Source: Ramazzottius varieornatus (Eukaryota > Animalia > Tardigrada). From it: a stretch of DNA of 64,000 nt. The notes under the pieces are model-generated. The model searched no databases, had not been told where the DNA came from, and saw only the letters and a program-made list of their open reading frames with translations. Position 1 is the first letter of the stretch, and each line of letters opens with the position of its first letter. Positions 14,001-26,605 of this stretch are shown here, one piece after another. The position numbers were made by a program, and so were the translations under genes. The stretch spans positions 1,714,761-1,778,760 of the forward strand of contig BDGG01000008.1 in NCBI GenBank assembly GCA_001949185.1. Direction: 5' to 3'.

Positions 14001-16285
14001 TCTTCGCTACTTCAGGCTTCGTAACTGAGAACCTCTTGACGGGGTTCATCTTTGTAGGGTCCGGTATTGGAAGACGAGGACTACTGGGAACAACTGGCAG
14101 AAGCGCTGGCTTTTGTCCTGAAACCCAAATGCGATAGGTTCACCATGCCTGCAACCGTCGACGTCCAGTAAGAAAAGTCAGATAAAAAACATTGAAACGC
14201 ACAGGTTCCTTCTGGACTATTAAAAAAAGCTCTTTTGTACAAAGAAAAATACATGGAAGGTCGGTAAACGAAACATGCAAAAGCGTCGTTTCAAGTGGCG
14301 CACACTTTCGTTGTTGCTGCCCGGCAATATGCGCCACTTCAACTGATAATTTTGTATTTTTCGTTTTCCGGTCTCCTTTTGCTTTGCGAGATGGAAGTGA
14401 AGAAGCCCATATTTTGTAGGCGGAGATGTTTCTAGTACTGTACTTCGCTTTCTGATTATTCTATCTTACCGGAAGTGGTCCAGTTGAAATTGCGACTGAT
14501 GTTTACAGGTCCATAGAGAATTCCGTCCAAGCTCCAGTCTTTATCCTCTGTCGGCGCTTATGGGAAGAGAACAACCTAGGCGAGCCTCGGCGTCGCCTGG
14601 CAGCCCTGCTGGGTATCATGGAGCAGTTCATGCCCTCCATCGCCTTCCTCCTTCTCTACTACCTGGTGTACAAGTCCAGCCTGATGAACGACGCTGACCT
14701 GGAAGTGGCCTATGCCGACCTGGAGACCTTCTGGGAAGCCGTCCATGCCCGCATCTCACCTGCCGCCCCACTCAACGCCGAGTCCTACGTAGTCTACTTG
14801 GCTGAATCGTTGAGACGGGCCGGCGAACAAGACCACAAGCTGCTGGTCTACTTGGCCGTGGCTGCACTGCATCATCTTCCGGTGCTGAAGGACCAACCGT
14901 CGGTCGTGGAAGCGCTGGTGGCCTTCATCGACGCATGGGACCTGAAACAGCTGTTAATTCAGATATTGCAGAAGAAGATCAAACTCTTCACGGATAAGGG
15001 CTGTGGACCTGTCATACGTGAGAAATTCATTTATAGATATACTATGTAGTTGCCCAAGTCGCGCAGGTGATCAATATTATTGGTCGGAAGCGCGCGCCAC
15101 TTGGGAAACGATCCTGTACACTTTGTTTACCGAGCTGCCATTTACAAGAATCGCATGAAAAACTGGCAAGACGATCGACCAAAGACATTGTTTCCTTTCA
15201 GGAGAAAGTTTGAAATGGGAGAGTATTGAGCAGACATTCTTCTGGAAGTTGTTCCAAGCCCACAATTTCAAGACGGACAACTGGATGTTCCAGTTGTTGG
15301 AAGTGATTGACTTGAAGAAGCATCCGGAAGCTGCCATGTACTTGATCGAGTATATCAAAGATAAACCGTAAGTGGCTCTGTGGTGGCCTCACACCAGTTA
15401 CATAACATACACACTGTCAGATTACGTAGCATCCAAATAATTCTACATTATTCTGTAGACCGAGGGAAGAAGTTATCCGGGAGTTGATGCGCCGAGACTA
15501 CGACCGAGAGGAAGAAACGTTTATCAGTCTGGCCCTGAACTGGTCCGCCAAAAGTACTGTTGAACAGCTGGGCGACACCATTGCCAAAGTTCTGGCCAAA
15601 GCTGTCAAAGACGCTCAGAAAAAAAGAACGGCTAGCGTGTAAGTGTTTTACAGAAAGACTGATGTCTTCTGAACTGAGATAGACCGCAATTAAACCACTT
15701 ATGTTTGTACGCCTTTCTAGGCCCATGAAGGGAACGAAGCCAGAGAACGTTACAGTAGAGCAGGTGTTGGGTCACATTGAAGGTATTCAGAACTTCGTAG
15801 CTGAACTCGACCAGAGTCGCCAAAGGAAGTCGCGCGATAACGGTAAGAGCTGAGGTCGTTTTTTTCTGTCGTTCGCGTACAATACTGATGACGTTTTCGA
15901 GTTACAGATTTGACTCAAGTGTTGTATCATCCACATCTTCAACTGGCCATCAAACTAGCGAAAGGCGCCGTTTCAGCATCGGTGAAGGACAAGTGAGTGA
16001 CAGACCAAAGATGCATGAGTTCAGTCAGCGACAGATGTCTATAAGCTCTCTTTGGGATCTTTCAGGTACCGAGAGGTTTTCACACTGATCATGGACGAAG
16101 AAGAGGAAGAAGAGAATGTCAAGTCAGGAGCGAAAAAAGGTGCCAAGAGAAAGGGTAAAGCCGGTAAGGCTTCATCGACTTCGAAAGAAGGGAATGACGA
16201 TGAGCCTAGCCATTCGGAAGAAGAAGCCGAAATCCCTGCTCCTCCTCGGAATAAGAAACAGCGAAGCAAGATTAACTCAGACTAG
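11067..16285 (+). CDS. INTS3: Integrator complex subunit 3 (SOSS-A), multi-exon
   Basis: Spliced exons give SRLFSLQPVDDRDGLEE|RLER..., EVDFCI, VVHPTNEVLASDVLQRW, LALFYDWL, NIMFIEPAIL, FEWESIEQTFFWKL and a basic/acidic tail, all matching INTS3 as I know it. Confidence 0.9.
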
Positions 16286-16814
16286 GCGGACCTGTATCTC
16301 GATGCGGTTGGAAGCTTCCAGTGATCTCAGAGTTACTTTCAATGTGCTGTAATTTTCTCTTATGGAATCAGCCTTCGAATTCGCCGCGTTTTCTACTAAG
16401 AATCGCTTACTCTAAAACGAAATTAAAAGTAAAGAATTCGAAGTTGTGCATCTGTGCTACGTTCGTTTGAGTAAGGAAAAACCTGGCACACGATGAGCAT
16501 TTCGATGTGTTGACTATCTTCCCTTTTGACGTGCGTCCCTCAGAAATAAAAGTTGCGTCACTCAAGTGCATGCTTCATAGGGCAGATAACATTAAAAGTC
16601 GGGCGATTTACTGCTTTACCGCGTCATCTTCTCACATTTAACTGCAAACAGGTGATGCGGAATGTCTCCGCAAATCTGACGAGCGTACTTCCCGAGAATC
16701 AGTGCCGTGTTAGGGCATATTTAAAGTACGGATACAGCAGAGAACCAGATCGCAGTTCTTAACTTTTATAATTCCATATCTTTCGACCGTGGTTCTTTCA
16801 CAGGTTCCTGATAA

Positions 16815-18423
16815 ATGGCTGCCCGTGCAATGATCAACGTGCATCCTGGATATGGGTTCTTCCTCATGGCTCTTCTAGGCTTGGTTGACGCAGGAGCGGC
16901 TGGACTACACCAGATGCTGGCTACAGATACCATCCTACCCAGACCCGGTGTGCGAACTGTTGACGCTGTTCGGTATTGGCCGTTCGGACGAATGCCGTAC
17001 GCTTTCACCGACGACTTCCGTGAGTTCCCTCACTTCCTTACTAAATATATCTAGTATTCTGCACGCAAATCCTGTGCTATCAAGCATAAAGTATTGGTTT
17101 ATAGCCGAAGATGGGAAGCTGTTCATTCGAGCTACCCTCCAAGACCTAATGAACAAGACGAAAGTTAAGATCATCGAAAGGATAGCGGAGAAAGACTACG
17201 CGCTGGTCACTAAGAATGGCGCAGGATGTTCCGCAGTGATAGGACGGCAGGCCGGAGCCCAGCTGCTGACTCTTGCAGGTAAGCACAAACTTCCGCTTAT
17301 CGTGGGGTCTTGATATTGATAGTACCACTAGAATTATGACCAGTATCCCGAATCTGTAGTGGGATGTTACTCCGACAAGATGCCAGTTCTTCACGAGTTC
17401 CTGCATGCTTACGGAATGAACCATGAGCACGTTCGACCAGACCGAGATCAGTATGTCGAGGTCAACTAGACTAACGTAGATCCAGGTAGGCTGTGGTCCA
17501 GATTTAATGGTATTATAATATACCCGAGGGATTCGAATATATCGTGCTACCGGCTTCCCATAGTATGGCGCCGATGGTACCAAATCGAACACGACGAGGC
17601 CATCCGAAGCACTTTGGGTCTTGCGTACGACTTTAAATCAATCATGCACTATTCCCTTGGATGGTCAGGCAAGTGGAACAGCACTACTTGGCAGATGCGC
17701 CGCCGAGCAGAGTACCAAGCGAGTTTGATGGATTTTGAAATTTTGACCGACCTGTCTGCTCTGGATATTGAGAGAGCAAATCTGCTTTACGAGTCCTACG
17801 TTGAACGCTCGAGACCCGAAGACGCCGTCACTGTTCAGGCTTCACTGATATACTATATACTAAACAACGGGCCATCCGCCAGACGCAGACCAGGATGCTC
17901 CACTCTTGTTCGGCCTCTGAACCACAAGTGCCGAATCTTTTTCATGGTGCATCACAAGAGCTTCCCTGACCTACGGTAAGCAAAATCAGAATTCAATTCG
18001 AGACTGTTTTGATGTCATGCGACGACATCGAACTCGCGGAGGGAAAAAGTACTCCCAACCGAAATATTGCTTCCGCAGTGTTTAAGCAATGTAAATGTTT
18101 CCAGACATGGATTGACCGACGCTCCAGTAAGTTACGGCCCCTACGACGATGTCACTTTCCAGTTTCTGAATGGTCAGTACAATATGACGACTGCGCGTGG
18201 TAGCAGGGTTGAGGTGTCTGTAACCGCTTACCTCGCTTACTACAAAGGTGACGTTCCGGTGCAAAATAAACAAGTCAAGCTCGAGGGGACAGAAGGAATC
18301 GCCACTTATATGTTTGTGTATGATACCGCTGCTAACCAGACAAATCCCGTAGTCATGGAACATGACAGGGTGACATCCCGTACGTGGACTAAACTGTATG
18401 TGGGATTCGAGCTGTTGAAGTGA
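16815..18423 (+). pseudogene. Astacin-family zinc metalloprotease with an in-frame TAG (pseudogene, null allele, sequence error or recoded)
   Basis: Signal peptide, WPFGRMPYAF, HEFLHAYGMNHEHVRPDRD (HExxHxxGxxHExxRxDRD), Met-turn YDFKSIMHY. TAG at 17467-17469 within YVEVN*TNV. Confidence 0.82.
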
Positions 18424-18575
18424 GGTATCCTCGTGTTCTAGAGGACTTTCAGTCTATTCTTCAAAGAACACAGTTTGCAGTGAGAACGCTCATGCTCTAT
18501 GGAAATTATAGCGAAAGCAGTACAGTAGTCTCATAAACAGAAAATGATAAACAGCGTCTTTACAAAGACATCGAA

Positions 18576-19960
18576 CTAATTCAAACGAGGAGCCGGTGTG
18601 CCAGCCGGTATAGTTGAGATCCAAAAACAGGTCATAGAACAGGAAGATGCAAACATGCAATAACGAGGATTAAACTTTGTATACTGGATAGCTCCAGTAT
18701 GGTCCGACTTCAACGTGCAGACCTTGTTGCCACTATCCGTGTTGTACACGTGGATCCGCGAGTCCGTCGAGCCATGGAACACGTACTTCCCATCGGGCGA
18801 GAAGCAAGGCTGGATAGTGTAAGTCTTGTTGTTCAGCACGTTGTTGTAACCCTGGAAGTACAGACGATGAGAATTCCTCCCACGATCAAAAACAGCCACA
18901 GGAAGTACTCACTGAGAAAGTCCAAATCACATTGCCCATGAAGGCGTCCACAGCATAACAGGTGTTGCCAGTTGTGGCTATAAGAATCTGTGTTCCGGTT
19001 GGGCTGAACTTCAACGAGGCCCAGGGCGGAGAATTATTCATTCTTGTCTTCAATGTCGAGAAGGGTTGCTACAAGAAATTTGGACTAACCTCGTGACAGC
19101 ATGCCGAACTCAAACATAAATGAAGAAGTGAACGTACTGCGCCAATTTTGCGGATATCGTGCAAGCGGATCTCCTCAGACCCTACACCGATTGCGACGAT
19201 GAGTCCTTCGGGGTCGTAAGCTGCTACCGGCCGACCAGCACCAACAGGAATGTTGCCCCATGCAGCGGACGTTCCACAATCCCACAGCTTGACGGTTCCG
19301 TCCATCGACGAGGAAAGGAACTGGTCTTCGTTGGGATGCGTACCTAACGTTACAACCCTGCAAAAAAATGTTAAAGATCGTAAAACAAGTGGTGAACTTG
19401 AGAGAGTTTCCTTACGGTTCTGTGTGGCCAGGAAAATACCGTAGATACTTGTTATCCTTCAAGGACAGCAGCCTTATCGTATCTACAAAGAAAAGGAATA
19501 TCAGTCCAAACGTTCCATGCGACAGACGCACGGCGACCGTAGAATCACAGTCAACAGTGCGCCATCAAACCGAAACTATGGGCCAAAACTGTTGGAATAT
19601 TCTCTTCACTTACTGTCGACTTTTGTAGATCCATGTATTACGAGATTGTTGTTGCGTGTAAAGGTAACATGTTCGACGCCGTATTTCTTGCTGTTGACAG
19701 TAGCTTTGACACTGCAAGCACCAAAGGATAATTGCTGGAAGATCTTAAAACTGCGACTCGCCAGTTCGAATTTACCCTGGTTTGTCCACGTCGTAAACGG
19801 TGAGAGATTCGTCCGCGGAGCTGGTGACAAAGACGTCTCCGTGCGGTGAAAAGTCCATGCCATTAATCTGGTCCGTGTTATCCCGAAAGACTTTGGCTAC
19901 TCGGAGACTCTTGATGGTTTCCTCGGGAAGATATGCTGGCTTGGCATCGCCGGATGCCAT
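18576..19960 (-). CDS. WDR82: WD40-repeat protein 82 (Swd2 homologue), multi-exon
   Basis: [84 protein letters not shown]. Confidence 0.93.
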
Positions 19961-20201
19961 CGCTACTGCGTCGCGATTGCTCCTCTTTACCACCGAATCT
20001 CACTTCTGCAGTCGTTCTAGGCGAGTACCTGTCCCCCAAAGATATGCTGCTACTGAGCTGTCACCTGCAGAGAAGCAGTCGACGAAGTCAGCTATTTTTC
20101 ACGTTGCAGAAATCAGAAAACAAATCGAACTGGTGATATTTTCAGTCTCTGTTCGGCGGTTCGCTTAATCAAGGCACAAACCTGATTAACAATCAATGGT
20201 A

Positions 20202-20368
20202 CAGTGTACGACAGAATTAACCGTTAAAAACGGGCGTAATACTGCAGCTGGATTATTTATGACTCGGCCAATGAGAATTATACTTTGCTGCACGCGCAAA
20301 TTTCATTGGCTTTATCCATCTGGTTCCATCCAACACCCATTTTCAACGGTTTATTTTGTCGTACACTG
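20202..20368. mobile_element. Tc1/mariner-type MITE (167 bp, TA TSD)
   Basis: TA|CAGTGTACGACAGAATTAACCGTTAAAAACGGG ... CCCATTTTCAACGGTTTATTTTGTCGTACACTG|TA. Confidence 0.8.
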
Positions 20369-21219
20369 TACGAAGTACCGTTTATAATACCCAAGGGACT
20401 CCGAATCGCAAACTCATCAGAGGAAGCTCGAGCTCCAGACAGCACAATCCTTTACTCAGGATAATTCCCGATTTTTTCTGATTTTTCTAATTTTTTAACG
20501 AAGTTTTCCAAGTTTTTGATGAGTTATGAGTCGTGATTTCGGATTTGATCAATCAACTCTGTACTAATCACTCGAAAATGTTGGCGGATTGATTAATACG
20601 GAATTGATAACCCTGTTGATAGTACCACTTGACGGCACTGCACGATCAACAGGGTATAATAATGCACTATGCCTGTACGTACAACAGATGACTAATGGTA
20701 GGGACCACTTTCGGCGCCAAGAAATTTCCCTTTGATCTTCCGCCATAAGCTCAGGCTTGCCATAGTTTGCCCTCGTTTAAGGGCTTTAAGGCCTGAACAG
20801 CTTTCTACGGTGACTCAAGTGGTCTATGATTGATTTTAAAGCTCCGCTGGAAGGCCAGCCTTTGGGCGGAGCTCTCGCAATATTGTTTGATAGAAACACG
20901 GCAACAAGTCTACGTATCGTAAAATAATAAAATAGCAAAAACAACTGGAAACTTGACAGATATCCAGGTTCAAACAGAACTAAAAGTAGTAAACAGCTGC
21001 GGATGAAATCAAAAACACTGCCGTGTACAAATGAAATGTTCAACAGAACTGCGGTATAGTTCCGGTCTGTCGGGTTACGATCAGCGGGCCCTACTGTAAA
21101 AGTTACTGTAATGTTCAAGATGGAGAATACTGGCAGCAATACTGAGGTGAGGTACAAAAGTACAAAAGTCAGTTATGTACATCGAAAAGATCTACGCTGT
21201 ATTACAAAATTTAGTGAGC

Positions 21220-23787
21220 TCAGGAATATTCAGTCATGGTTCTTGGTTCACTGCTAGGAGCGCTTCTCAGCACTTCGTCCAACAACTGCAGGGCCCGGTT
21301 GATCTGGATCTCGATCCAGCAGGGCGTTTCCTTGATGGATTTCCGGTTATAGTCTGGACCCCAACCTTTGACGAAGCTCAGTCTCAACACACAGAGTCGT
21401 CGCAGGTCGTCTGCACCAATGCCAGCCGAAGATCCCAACGGCATCGGTGGAACAGGTGACAGGTTCTGCGAACGACCTGTCACCACGGCTGCTTGTGCTT
21501 GAGCCAATGCCTGAGCCTGCTCAACCTGAAGAAACAACAACAGTTTTAAAACCAAAACAACTACATTGGTTTGGCAGAAGCCGGAAACCCGAATAAGCCA
21601 GTCTTTAAGGAACCTGCATAGAGGGAACCGTGTGGTTGATATGGGACCGGAAGTATGTGCATGACCCGATCTGTTGTCACCAATTACGGGCCCAGCAGTA
21701 ACTTATCAAAGCAATAACGCACCTACATACCTGCGCAACGCGCAAATTGCAGTTCAGCGTGTGTTGAGTTTATGTATTGAGTGGTTAGTGGTCACATGTA
21801 GGTACATGCAGTCATGCTCATTCAAACTGCACGCCTGTCAGTTACTTCGCAAATACCTGTTGGATCATCTGGCTGTAACACACGCGAAGATCAAAGATCT
21901 TCAAATGATTATGAGGATAGATCTTATGGACAGCATCGCGATGAACACGATCGGACATTCGGTCAAGGTAATCCGACTGGACGAAGACACTGTACGAGTC
22001 TTCTTCGCCATTCCCGAAGACCCGCAGCGAGACACTGAAGTCGTCGTGGCATTCCAGGCTGATGCCTTTACCGATGTGCAGGCGAGCTCGATCGCTAGCT
22101 TCCGTCCGGTGGACGTTTGTCAGCGGACCCAGGCAGAAACGATCAGCGTGACCTGGGTCGGAGTAACCGTCCACTGCGACTTGCTTGTAGGCGTTCCTCA
22201 CTTTGAAGGTCTCCCCCACCTTCGGAAAGAGATCACAAGAATTTAGGAAACATATATCATTAATTTCTGGGAGGCCGGCAGCGGAACGTACAAGATCGTT
22301 ATTGGGACGTGGGCAAATGATTTGAACAAGATCGTTGTCCCAAGTGGCGCATGCATTCAGTCAACAGCAATGAAAACATGCGCGACTTGAGCTAATGATC
22401 TTGTTCAAATTCATCTGCCCACATCCCATTCTAAGTGGCGCACTCCCGCAGTCATAACAGTGAAGAAGCAGGCCACTTGACACAACGCTCTTGTAAGTTT
22501 TGTTTGTCGTTCTCCCAATAAACCTCGGTTATTTTCCCATGAATTTGAGTTGACCAAGTTACCTGCTGGTCAAGTTCGAAGTAAGCAATGGTACACCAGT
22601 AATCCGGTGGACACTGCTTGGACAGCGCCTCTTCGTAACGTCGTTGCTCCATCAGCTGCTGCTGAGCCCTGATAAAAGGCTCCATCGGGTCCCGAAGTTC
22701 AGCCATGGAGGCCTGATTAGACATTCCTGGAGCTTGGGTGACACCCCAAAAGCCACCCATTTGGTTGTTGGACATTTCCGTTGCGGCCGGTGACATCGGC
22801 GGAACTCCTAAGAAAATATCTATTAATAAATTGGGTCCGACAGTCTTATATTTGAAGCTAACAATTACCTTGGCCGTTTCCCATATATCCACTGGCTCTT
22901 GCAGGCGCCTGCATTCGGAGATCCTGCGGGTCGCCTTCATGCCGAGGAGGTGCACCATGAACGACGTTCCTTACGGGTTGACGTTGCTGTTCGATGGACG
23001 GTGGACAACCCAGAGTGGACAAGTCCAATCCTAGCACGGCGCTGGGTGACTGAGGCGGAATGCCTCCGTACATTCTGTTCATGGAGGGGTGATGGTGGCC
23101 ATGGAAAGGATAGCCGTCTTCGCTGTTCTGTCCTTGATGAGCGCTAAGAGCGAAGCCTTGAAGGGAGAGATCGATGCCTGGCGAAATGACTCGCTCGTAG
23201 TGGTATGGGTTGACGCAAACATTGTCCAGTTTAAGGTCGAAAGCATACTGGCAATACCCCACGTGCTTCATTTCACTCTTGGCGATGTCGGAAAAGCGCC
23301 AGATGCGAGCGTAGATGACATGTGGGAAGACTTTCTTCCCGGCAACCTGGAAGAAACACGAAGTAAACACACGTGCAACAGGTACAATTCACCATGGTTA
23401 AATCATCGTAGTAAAAAGGCAAGTTCACCTGTCCCAGGTTACAAGCCATAACTCGCGCACGCGAACATGCTTTCTTAACGGTTAAATGAGCCAGTGTTAC
23501 TTTCTGATTACCTGCAGTCGGCCATCCAGCGTGCGAGGGATAGTTGCGCATTTGGTGGGATGAGAACCGTTCAGCGTGACTGCCTGGATAAGTCCATCGA
23601 GCTCATCCGGTTTATCCTTCAACTTTTTGACGAGACACTCGATTGCCCGCTTGGCAAAACTTTCTGGTTCTCCTCCTTGTCGATGGCACATCAAACTGTG
23701 GACGATGCTGGCGCAGGCGCTGTCTGTCGAAGAGCTGTGGGACGATGGCCCGCCATTCGGTGGACCATTGGTCGTCGAGGCTGGCAT
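21220..23787 (-). CDS. SMAD4: Co-Smad SMAD4/Medea, multi-exon
   Basis: MH1: [40 protein letters not shown]2: [51 protein letters not shown]. No C-terminal SSXS motif. Confidence 0.95.
22269..22516. mobile_element. Nested pair of ~120-bp palindromic MITEs in a SMAD4 intron (inner copy 22304-22427)
   Basis: Inner GGGACGTGGGCA...TGCCCACATCCC flanked by ATT on both sides (22301-22303, 22428-22430). Outer copy GGGAGGCCGGCA...GTCGTTCTCCC. Both carry the AAGTGGCGCA core. Confidence 0.8.
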
Positions 23788-24489
23788 GATCAAAGAGGTT
23801 AGTAATATCTAACAATAGTTTCAATACATGGACGACGGAGTATCGGGAACAAGATATTCTTACAGCTGCAACTAAGGAAATAGTGAGCCTTTTTTGGGCC
23901 ATCTTGAATCTTGATTCTTGATATCACAGCTGGGTCCGTGTGACGTCACGAGCTACTTGTTGCATGAGTGATCAGTTCAAGATTCAGTTCCATTCGCGGA
24001 ACTTCACGATCATATCACGACGATCACGTCGTCGGAAAAACAGACGGACAACAGGCTGCAAACTTCACGGAGTTTCAGTACAGTATCTCCGATCCGTATC
24101 CTAACGTTGCACATTACCCATTCCGGTGGGAGCACAACCTTTCACTGAGGATTAGCGGAATTTGATGATCATTTTTTGCAGGTCCCGTGAAAGTCCTGAG
24201 CAATTTTAGGCCCTGCTTGCATTAAGATCTTCCTGCTGCTCCTTGCAGCCGATCGTCCGTGCCGGAGCAGGTGCGGTACATGTGGCACTCGCTTCGAGCC
24301 TCAAGGAGCAATCACTAATGATTTGTTCAAATATTATTCGTTGTTCTGGTCGTTCAGGTCCCGGAAATTTCCGCTGCTCCATTCTCACCGCGCGTAAGAA
24401 CCCGAACGCCTCCTTTTATCCAATAAGCACACTTCAAGATTAGTTACAAGTATTCTCATTTTTCAGTGACAACATTCGTCCAGGAATTG

Positions 24490-26493
24490 TTTAGAAGGAT
24501 CGCCAACGGCACCAACATCTTCGGCATGCACAAGGTCGACTTGAAGGAGTGGAGATGGATCAGGGTGCAGCTTTCCTACCGGTCGCGGTTACTGAGGACG
24601 AAGCCATCGCAAAGAACCGTCCGATGACGACGGTCACCTGCGCCGCCGTACAAGTATGAGCCTATACCAAGTTCTCGCCTGGACAAGATCGAGGCCTGTA
24701 TTCTGAAGACTGTGGAAGAACCCGTCATCACAGTAGCTGTAGCCACTGTTCGTCCAGTATTCGGCCGGCCTCATCTTGAGGTGTACTTGCGTATATCTGA
24801 TCCTTGAAAAATTCCATATCGCAGTTAACGTCATCTTGCTGGGAGGAGATGGACTTCTATGTCCATCTCTCTACAACGTCAATCTTGCTTGGCTCCTGTG
24901 GTAGGACTTTGTCGGTTATTTTCTGCTTGTTCTGCATGGATTCTCTAGCGTTCCACAACAAACTTCTATTCTTTCTGTGGATGGTGTTGGTTATGAGCCT
25001 GTTGGCGTTGGTCGCGACAAATGAGCATGGTTTGCCCAGACATGGATATGGACATAGACATGGATCGTCCTCCAGTTGCTCATGGTCGCCTACACGTATA
25101 TAATGTTCGAAGCCTTTCACGTCAACGCTATCGCTGACGCTGCCGGCGACCAGTCATCTTTTCCGGTCGTTACTCGAATCTACTCCCTGAACCCGTTCGT
25201 ATACATATCGGGATCCAGGCCCCACGGAAACAATACGGCGTCGGTAGTGACTTCGGCAAACCATGACATCGTGTGGGATCTCTTCAGCATTTGGACGAAG
25301 CAGGACGAAGCAGAGTTCGCTTCCAGCTGTCGGTGTGTGTGCCTTCGAGAGCTCCGCCGTCACAACCAGCAGCCATCGAGATCGTCGTAGCAGACTCTAA
25401 GCGACCCGCCTTGGCTTTCTGTGGGACTGATGGAAGGAAGCTGAAACTTCTGATCTTTTGGATCCTGATCTTTCAGATTGTCCTGTGGCTACTACAAGAC
25501 ATCAGCGCTGGATTATACGTAGAGCTGTTAATGGTTTGAACCATATGGTTTGGTTTGGTTTAAGTGGTGGTTTGCATGCCAAACCGGTTAAAGGAAAATG
25601 GTTTCTCCCACAAACCACAAAAAGTGGTATGGTCTAAATTTTAAACCAGACCATTTAAACCAAACCACATAAACCGCCGGTTTGAACCGGTTTGCGAACA
25701 ACTTTTCGATCACCAGTAAATTGTGCCACAGTTTTCTTCACTTGACTAAACAACTAAAATAACCACCGAGGACAAGAAACTGAGCCACAGGTGCTGGTGT
25801 CTCTACGAACACACGTAAACAGGCAAAACTGGCCCGTGGCAAGTAAGGCGGTAGTACAATCCTTTTTCCGCCAGCAATGCTGTCCAGCACTGTCGACATT
25901 GTGATTTCTGCCTGACGGAAGGCGCAGTTCTCAAGTCGCGCAGCTTATGACACAGTGCGCACCCAGTTAAAGCTATGCATCACGAGTCATAGCTTATCAG
26001 AACGATGCGGCTGCGCACGGTGGCACTGGGTGGAAAACGATTGGCACTGCCAGATGGCCAATTTTGGCTCGAGTTCTGGCACGGAATCCGCAGATTTCGT
26101 ACGAAGTGTGCCCTTACCCCAAACCATATTAAACCACATAAACCACTGGTTTATATGGTTCAGCGCGTGATCGAAACCGGTTTGAGTGGTTTGGTTTGAG
26201 ATACCATAGGGTTTGAGGTGGTTCTGTTTGAATGTTAAACCACGAGCCACATAAACCATCTAAACCACTTTCCAAGTGGTCTGGTCTGGTTTTTAACAGC
26301 TCTAATTATACGGTATCTACGCATTCAAGATGAATTTCGTTCAGGAAGCCATTCTCATGAGTCATGAATCATGATGCAGGGTGTGGCGCGTGCGACGGTG
26401 TTGGTGGACTTCGTTATGTATACCATCTACATGACGAAATTGAGGAAGGAAACGAAGCTTCTGCTGCAATATTTTCCATCAGGATTGTATTGA
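24490..26493 (+). pseudogene. Decayed multi-pass membrane protein gene interrupted by a hAT element
   Basis: Hydrophobic ORF fragments in shifting frames (KLLFFLWMVLVMSLLALV; MLMVAYTYIMF; LLIFWILIFQIVLWLL; VLVDFVMYTIYM) with stops. The frame continues (AGLY-GIYAFKM) once the insertion is removed. Boundaries approximate. Confidence 0.5.
25520..26304. mobile_element. Non-autonomous hAT element (785 bp)
   Basis: TIR TAGAGCTGTTAA / TTAACAGCTCTA; perfect 8-bp TSD ATTATACG (25512-25519, 26305-26312); AAACC/GGTTT-rich subterminal repeats. Confidence 0.92.
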
Positions 26494-26555
26494 GAGTTTT
26501 AGTCAGAAACCAAAGGCGCTAGCAGAAATGTCTCAATCTAGAAAATCTCAATCTA

Positions 26556-26605
26556 NNNNNNNNNNNNNNNNNNNNNNNNNNNNNNNNNNNNNNNNNNNNN
26601 NNNNN
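26556..26605. other. Assembly gap (50 N)
   Basis: Run of N. Confidence 1.
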
